Virus record (IMG/VR): IMGVR_UViG_3300020413_000003 | Location: 1 to 64,000 of that record | DNA: 64,000 nt | From: a virus | Lineage: Duplodnaviria > Caudoviricetes | Strand: one strand, 5' to 3' | Shown here: positions 58,801 through 64,000 of the stretch, one piece after another | Layout of the letters: each line of letters starts with the position of its first letter | Position numbering within the stretch: position 1 is the stretch's first letter | The notes under the pieces: model-generated | Databases searched by the model: none | What the model saw: the letters and a program-made list of their open reading frames with translations, nothing else | Told to the model about the DNA's origin: nothing | Program-made: the position numbers and the translations under genes

Positions 58801-61800
58801 TGGAACATTCTTAGTTACATCAAGAGATTCTACAACAGTATTCCAGTATCAACTTCCCCAACCAGGTGGAGTTATACCTCAAGGTAATATTCTTGTTTCT
58901 ATTGACCTTAATAAAGGTAAATCATCAAGTGCACAGATTTTAACTGCTATTGGTTCGTACACTACAAACGTTCAGAACACATTCTTTAATGACAATCATG
59001 TTTATGTTGCTTCTACAGGTATTCCAAACTATGACATAGGTCCGTTTCCTGGTTCTGCACTATTACCTGGTAACCAAAGAAAATTAAACAGATTTCCAAG
59101 AGTTGCTCAGACTATCTCTACAAAGAACTTAATTAATCCAGGTCCTGTTGGAACTTGGGTTAATGGTGTTTCTATATGGTCATATAAGTCATCTCTATTC
59201 AAAACATTTGGTGCTGTAACTGGTATTACAATCACTAACGTTGGTCAAGACTATGATGCTGCGTCACCTCCTAATATTACTATTGCAGGTGGTGGAGGAT
59301 CTGGTGCAACAGGTTCTGTTGTTGTTAACGGTTCTCTTAGTGAAGTAGAAGTTCTTACTGGAGGAACTGGTTATACATCCTCTCCATTGGTCTCTATAGT
59401 CGGTGGTAACGGGTCTGGAGCTGCTGCTACTGCCATTATAACCAAAGGTGTTGTTTCACGTATTCTAATCAATTCTGGAGGAACTGGATATACCTCACAA
59501 CCATCAATTACTATTGTTGGAGGTGGTGGAACTGGTGCAACTGCAACAGCAAACGTTAGAGGTCCTATTCAATCTATTTCAGTTGATCAGGGTGGTGCAT
59601 CATATACTTCTAAACCAACAGTAACACTAAGTTCTGGATCAGGTGCTGTTGCTCAAGCAATTGTACAGAATGGTCGTATTATATCAATCGCTATCATTTC
59701 TGCAGGATCAGGTTATACAACTGCTCCTATAATAAGCATTCAAGGTGATGGATTTGGTGCTGTTGCTAGAGCAGGTATTGATATTGACGGTGAAAACGCA
59801 GGAAGAGTTACAAGTGTTCAGATTCTTAATAGAGGTATTGGATATATTCAAGGAACTACACTGATTAATCTAACTTCAGTTGGTCAAGATGCATTATTCA
59901 CAGCAAACGTATTCCAGTGGACTTATAACTTACAAGCAACTAGTATATTAGATACTGCTAAAGGTGGAGTATTTGAAGGATTTAATAATCAGTATGGTGG
60001 TGAATATGCTCACCTATCAAACCCACAAAGACTAAGATATGTTCTTGGTGATAACTTACAAGAACCAACTGTAGGAAATATAGTTGAACAGGCAGAACAA
60101 TTAGATCACTCACCTATTGTTGGTTGGGCATTTGATGGAAACCCAATCTACGGTCCTTATGGTTACGCTGATCCTACAGATCAAGGATCTGCTATCAATA
60201 GATTGAACACTTCTTACAAACTTAAGACAGAACTTGTATATGATGTAGTTACAAATCCTTATCCTACTAGAACTGCAGGTCCATTACTAACTAACGAGGC
60301 AGCAGGTAACTTTGTAGAAGATTATGAGTATAGTTTTGGTTTGGGTGATCTTGACCAGTACAATGGTCGTTTCTGTAAAACACCTGAGTTCCCTGCAGGT
60401 AGGTATTGCTATTTCGTTACTATTGACACTACGGAGCAAGGTAATGCAATGTTCCCTTATGTTTTAGGTCCTAGTTTCAACTCTGTTGTTGATACTTGGA
60501 ACTTAACTGATGGTGCAACTCAACAGAATATTCCTACTGGTGTTGTTAGATATCGTGATCCTTACGAGAACGTTGATATTGACGTTGAGAGGGCACCAAA
60601 TGCCTCTACAAACGCTCTAACTACCGAAGACGGTGAATTGCTCCTATTTGAGGTAGAAGACGAAAATAGAGACGCTATTATCAGTCAGGATGAACTAGAT
60701 GATCCTGATCAAATCTTTGAAGAGTCACCTCTACAGTTATTTGATTATTTCCCTAAAGTTAAGTTTGACTCTAAGGTTGATATTGAAGTTGAGACAATTA
60801 CTAAGTTTGAAGATGCTTCTGTAACTGGATTTACAGTAGAGAATCCTGGTGCTTCTTATCAGGTTGCTGACAGACTAGTATTTGATAACACAGATACTGA
60901 TGGTACTGGTGTTTCTGCTCGTGTTTCTCATATTAAAGGAGAGGCAGTTTCAACTTACAGTTATGAAAGTATTGGTGGTATTAACTACGGTGTTTTAAAG
61001 ACTTCAACTCCTCACAACTTAACTGTTGATGATCAGGTTGTTATAGATTACACACCTATAATGAACAACACTAATAAAACTTTTGTTGTTAAACAAATTA
61101 AAGGTGTTGAAGAAATTGTTATTGATCAGCAAGGTTCTGGATATAATAGTGAATTACCTCCAACAATCATTCTTGATGGTGATGGAACTGCTGCAGCATT
61201 AGAAGCGGTTGTAACATCTGTAGGATCTATTTCTACAGTTAATATTACTAACTCTGGTCAAAACTATACTACAAACCCAAGAGTTATATTATCACACCCT
61301 CAAATCTATAAGAAAGCAGATTATTATGTTTCTAAGATTGCAAATGAGAATTATGTTAAGGTTAATGACGTATTTGTAAATGATGCTAAAGAAATATTCA
61401 TTTGTGGTAAAACAAAAGACTCTTTTGGATATACTATTGGATTCTTAGCAAAACTATCTGCTACTGGTGTAAAAGACTGGGAAAAGACAATTAAGAGTAC
61501 TGATGGACAACAAGAAGTAGAATTTGAGAGATTATTAATTGATGGACAAGATATTTACGTTGCAGGTCATAATAAACCAAATGCAAGTATCTTAGAGGCA
61601 TATAACCCTGATGTTGTTCTTTGTAAGTATACACAGGCAGAAAATGGATTAAGTGCTACTTTACAGTATCAAAAGGCATATGCAGGTATATCTGGTTCTA
61701 CTCGTTCCGACAATATTAGTGCTATTGCAAAATACTCTGATACTAGATTTGTTTTAGGTGGTTTCACTAATACTAACTCTGGTAATCCATTTGATGCTTA

Positions 61801-64000
61801 TATTGCTGTTGTAGACACACTTGGTAACTTTGCTGTTAAGAGAAAGATTACTTCTGTAAATGTTTCTGAAAAAGTTACAGATTTACTTGTAAATGGAACT
61901 GACATATACTATACATTAGAAATTGCTACAAGTCCTAATGCAACAAGCGTTGATACAGGTATTGGTAAAGCAACTGTAGGTACTAGTGCAATTAGTCTTG
62001 TTTGGACTAAGCAATTAACTAATACACTGTATTCATTCATGGATACAAGTCTTACTATCGATGAATTTAGTGAATTATACATTACTGCTACAACAAGACT
62101 TAAATCAGACAATACAACAAAAGATGGTTTCTGGATTGGTAAATTAGATTCAGATGGTGCTTTCCTTTGGAACTATCGTTATGCAGTAGCTGGTGGATAC
62201 ACTATTAATGTTGCTAAAAGAACTCATATTGATATCTTTGGTGATCTTAATATTGCTGTCAACAAATATCTCAATACAAATGGAGAATTAACTGTAGACG
62301 TAGTTAAAGTTGGTTATAACGGTATTATTAAGAATCAGACAAATAATAAATTTGATCTTAATAATATTGAAGGTGTAACTGCACATAGTTTATATCCTGA
62401 TAGTTCTGGTGATATTCATGTATTTGGTCAAACTTCTTGGAATAGAAATGAACTTCTAATACCATTTACCAGTGGTGCAACTACAGATGTTACAGGACAC
62501 TATACAGCAACCTTTGTAGGAGACGGTAACTCACTTCAATATGATACTACTAATGGATTTGCAAAATTACTAGGAAAAGACTCTACTACTCCTAGTACTT
62601 GGGTAAATTCAGTTATACAAGTTAATGGATCAGATTTAACAACTAAAATGACTGGCGACTGGACTATTGAGTTCATGTTGTTTAAAGATGCTGCTAATAA
62701 CAATAATACACACTCTCAAACACAACAAACCCTAATAGCAATAGGTGATGCAACATTATCTACTGGTGGTCTATGGTTGTATTATGATATTTCATCTGGA
62801 GAGATGCAGTTAGTTGTTACTGCAAATGGAACTGCACTCAACTCTGCATCAGGTTCACTACAATCTACAGTTACAACAATGTTTGCCGATAATACTTGGC
62901 AATTTGTTGCACTTACTAAATCTGCAGGTCAGTATACAGCATATGTCAACGGTATACAAGTTCTTCAAGGAACTATTGATAATACTGCATTCCAGAATCA
63001 AAATCTATACATTGGTAATATTCCTGGTAAGAGTGGAACTTTAAATCAATTCCGTTCTAATGAACAAGGTCAATACTTTGTTGATAATCTTCGTATTAGA
63101 AACAGAGCAGTTGTTCCTACAGTTCCTAATGATGTTACTAACTATCCTATTGCAGGTGAGTTTAGTGAAGGATTTACATGGACTGATACATCATGGTTCT
63201 CTACTTACACTAACAAATATGATTATATCGATTATGTTGGTTGGGGTTTAAAAGTTGATAAGAACTCTGATGCTGCAAGAATTGGAACTCAAACTGTTCA
63301 AACTAACACACAAGTTGGATTTACTAGAACTGCTATTGTATTACAAACAGGTTTACCATTAACTGTTAATAATACTGGATTTGGATTAGCAGAAGCAGGA
63401 TTCCAAAACTTAGACTTTGATGATGCTGATACATCAATGACTCAGGACTCTGATTCATTATCTTATACTCAAGACGTTTGGAGTTCTAGAACTGCTACTG
63501 TTCCTTCACCAGGTTCTAAAAAATTAAGAGTTACTGCAGTTGTTAAAGACAGATACTTCTTTAAAGTTACACCTACAGTCAAGATTGATAATATTCAAGA
63601 ACTTACTCTAAATCAGCAATTTGTATTTACTACAGGTTCAAAATTAGTATTAAGTAGTTCATCAGGATCATTCATTAATAGTGGATACATTATTAGACAA
63701 AATAGTGTAGGTAATAAGATATATCTTGCTGTTAATAATAATGCTTGGGCAAATGATCTTAATACTGGTGAATTAACTACAGAACAGTTTAATGAGCAAA
63801 GCACTTATGGAATTGTAGGTCCTATACCCGCAGATGTTAATGAATTAATATACACCTTCCCACTACTAAACAACACTACACCTGGTACATTTGATATAGA
63901 TCTAAACAATTTTAATCACCCAGAAGGAGGTTCAAATAATCTTGATGAATTAACTAACTTTAAACCTTACACTGATGATGATTACTCTATAAGAATTGAT
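55826..64000 (+). CDS. gp7: giant baseplate wedge initiator gp7-like protein, partial (>2700 aa; missing from ORF track)
   Basis: ATG at 55826 gives MTNINKVSQAVVSQTPDFVESDYPLFNRFLEYYY; IKDFY..KGT..S..YLFKLLYGE motif; the same frame is in use at the window end; directly follows gp6. Confidence 0.85.
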   Translation, partial: MTNINKVSQAVVSQTPDFVESDYPLFNRFLEYYYASQEKTGLGQNILNNFLGYLDIDKLDISILDGATKVREAITATSDRIVVESVDSFLEKNGTILVDGEVIFYESTTSSPNIALTPGVNYDQVKLKWDELASPLTSFDGTTSRFPLTSQSNPVGPPSAQHLIVRVYGDWLLPNVDYTIDGDHIVFTTPPRARVVADDASYTYITYLNGFVENQIVAMDNISGAFGENKRQFTITRNGVRYEPTVDEYCLAVYDNKLMIPKVDFFIDGDQFIFNTAPLNGRLLSFYVIEAPIPSFGAGAVGFAQVSDTGTLTGITVNNTGSKYRFQYPPQVSVNSDTGSGASATALVNGVKELSLLNGGFGYSETNPPVVQVESPTLDGSQQATLKATVTNGAVSSLEIVNSGSGYTFTPRITFRQPGGCTLGTGQILNGSISAVPAITYGGFGYTTAPTVYVDEPTGESPIRANIQATVLNGEVTALTILNAGQGYTSTPRIAIVDPVGAQVLETVVDTDGRVTSIELLDGGNGYEDVPSVYIVDNRLDDRGTFIGGSGATASASIFNGRITDINVTEFGTGYSQTTPPTVVIQTPPSADASATIGVNEVTGFNINQNGTGYTKAQFIGCARAASAITSYTQSGNAVFTDTTSAVEHALDSPVKCLDSLFVKRLLDKYTQQYLPDVPSLDYNTIDVRTAIKTIKDFYSCKGTSYSIAYLFKLLYGEQVNISYPKDQIIKPSAATWSIDTILRATIVSGDPANIRDGLLTQDADIADENIRAASALVENFISIKTSQTEIYELILSEETIDGTFIVPYKTKLAEPLNQTEGIITVDSTIGWPERNGEFLIGSSSDTAELIQYKEKSLNQFIECTRSVNNVVEDWDSATEVKSNFKVYVNKGTAQEVIMNVVGIVDAQQTTLTDTGSYYLPGDKLAISKLGGTDASSELITWLYNVKKLISVTGITFGGINDQAATVTCANPHGLLVGDQVTIYGANPIIYNGTFLVTSRDSTTVFQYQLPQPGGVIPQGNILVSIDLNKGKSSSAQILTAIGSYTTNVQNTFFNDNHVYVASTGIPNYDIGPFPGSALLPGNQRKLNRFPRVAQTISTKNLINPGPVGTWVNGVSIWSYKSSLFKTFGAVTGITITNVGQDYDAASPPNITIAGGGGSGATGSVVVNGSLSEVEVLTGGTGYTSSPLVSIVGGNGSGAAATAIITKGVVSRILINSGGTGYTSQPSITIVGGGGTGATATANVRGPIQSISVDQGGASYTSKPTVTLSSGSGAVAQAIVQNGRIISIAIISAGSGYTTAPIISIQGDGFGAVARAGIDIDGENAGRVTSVQILNRGIGYIQGTTLINLTSVGQDALFTANVFQWTYNLQATSILDTAKGGVFEGFNNQYGGEYAHLSNPQRLRYVLGDNLQEPTVGNIVEQAEQLDHSPIVGWAFDGNPIYGPYGYADPTDQGSAINRLNTSYKLKTELVYDVVTNPYPTRTAGPLLTNEAAGNFVEDYEYSFGLGDLDQYNGRFCKTPEFPAGRYCYFVTIDTTEQGNAMFPYVLGPSFNSVVDTWNLTDGATQQNIPTGVVRYRDPYENVDIDVERAPNASTNALTTEDGELLLFEVEDENRDAIISQDELDDPDQIFEESPLQLFDYFPKVKFDSKVDIEVETITKFEDASVTGFTVENPGASYQVADRLVFDNTDTDGTGVSARVSHIKGEAVSTYSYESIGGINYGVLKTSTPHNLTVDDQVVIDYTPIMNNTNKTFVVKQIKGVEEIVIDQQGSGYNSELPPTIILDGDGTAAALEAVVTSVGSISTVNITNSGQNYTTNPRVILSHPQIYKKADYYVSKIANENYVKVNDVFVNDAKEIFICGKTKDSFGYTIGFLAKLSATGVKDWEKTIKSTDGQQEVEFERLLIDGQDIYVAGHNKPNASILEAYNPDVVLCKYTQAENGLSATLQYQKAYAGISGSTRSDNISAIAKYSDTRFVLGGFTNTNSGNPFDAYIAVVDTLGNFAVKRKITSVNVSEKVTDLLVNGTDIYYTLEIATSPNATSVDTGIGKATVGTSAISLVWTKQLTNTLYSFMDTSLTIDEFSELYITATTRLKSDNTTKDGFWIGKLDSDGAFLWNYRYAVAGGYTINVAKRTHIDIFGDLNIAVNKYLNTNGELTVDVVKVGYNGIIKNQTNNKFDLNNIEGVTAHSLYPDSSGDIHVFGQTSWNRNELLIPFTSGATTDVTGHYTATFVGDGNSLQYDTTNGFAKLLGKDSTTPSTWVNSVIQVNGSDLTTKMTGDWTIEFMLFKDAANNNNTHSQTQQTLIAIGDATLSTGGLWLYYDISSGEMQLVVTANGTALNSASGSLQSTVTTMFADNTWQFVALTKSAGQYTAYVNGIQVLQGTIDNTAFQNQNLYIGNIPGKSGTLNQFRSNEQGQYFVDNLRIRNRAVVPTVPNDVTNYPIAGEFSEGFTWTDTSWFSTYTNKYDYIDYVGWGLKVDKNSDAARIGTQTVQTNTQVGFTRTAIVLQTGLPLTVNNTGFGLAEAGFQNLDFDDADTSMTQDSDSLSYTQDVWSSRTATVPSPGSKKLRVTAVVKDRYFFKVTPTVKIDNIQELTLNQQFVFTTGSKLVLSSSSGSFINSGYIIRQNSVGNKIYLAVNNNAWANDLNTGELTTEQFNEQSTYGIVGPIPADVNELIYTFPLLNNTTPGTFDIDLNNFNHPEGGSNNLDELTNFKPYTDDDYSIRID

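Noticed and set aside
56685-63804. Short track ORFs in the last 8 kb
   Set aside because: Alternative-frame or antisense fragments inside the long gp7-like reading frame.
1-64000. tRNA/rRNA genes, introns, inteins, homing endonucleases, transposases, psbA/hli genes
   Set aside because: None recognised by eye. A tRNAscan/Infernal/HMM run would be needed to exclude them formally.

Overview
A 64-kb, AT-rich segment of a T4-like marine cyanomyovirus (Kyanoviridae-type). A Prochlorococcus/Synechococcus host is inferred from the CP12-like and cpeT-like genes. Layout: (1) 0.3-15.7 kb, baseplate/tail module with gp53, gp48, gp4, a tail-tube-fold protein, gp26, gp51, two tandem ~1000-aa tape-measure-like paralogues, a hub protein, CP12-like, cpeT-like and gp5. 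(2) 17.8-27.3 kb, virion/fibre genes ending in two Gly-rich polyglycine adhesin-like paralogues. (3) 27.3-36.1 kb, a tightly overlapping tailoring cluster: a flavin-dependent halogenase followed by ten consecutive 2OG-Fe(II)/JmjC-type oxygenases (14 in the window). (4) 36-53 kb, early/accessory region with a putative nuclease-methyltransferase pair, a second methyltransferase, an SF2 helicase and many small-gene cassettes headed by a repeated palindrome-plus-promoter element. (5) 53-64 kb, SET protein, gp25, gp6 and a >2700-aa gp7-like gene that runs off the window and is missing from the ORF track. Best leads: a probable -1 frameshift fusing gp26 to the start-less gp51, the halogenase/oxygenase cluster as a possible virion-protein modification system, the 12-copy palindromic early promoter with fixed spacing, and length-matched tape-measure paralogues. 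All functional calls come from motif recognition by eye; no searches were run.
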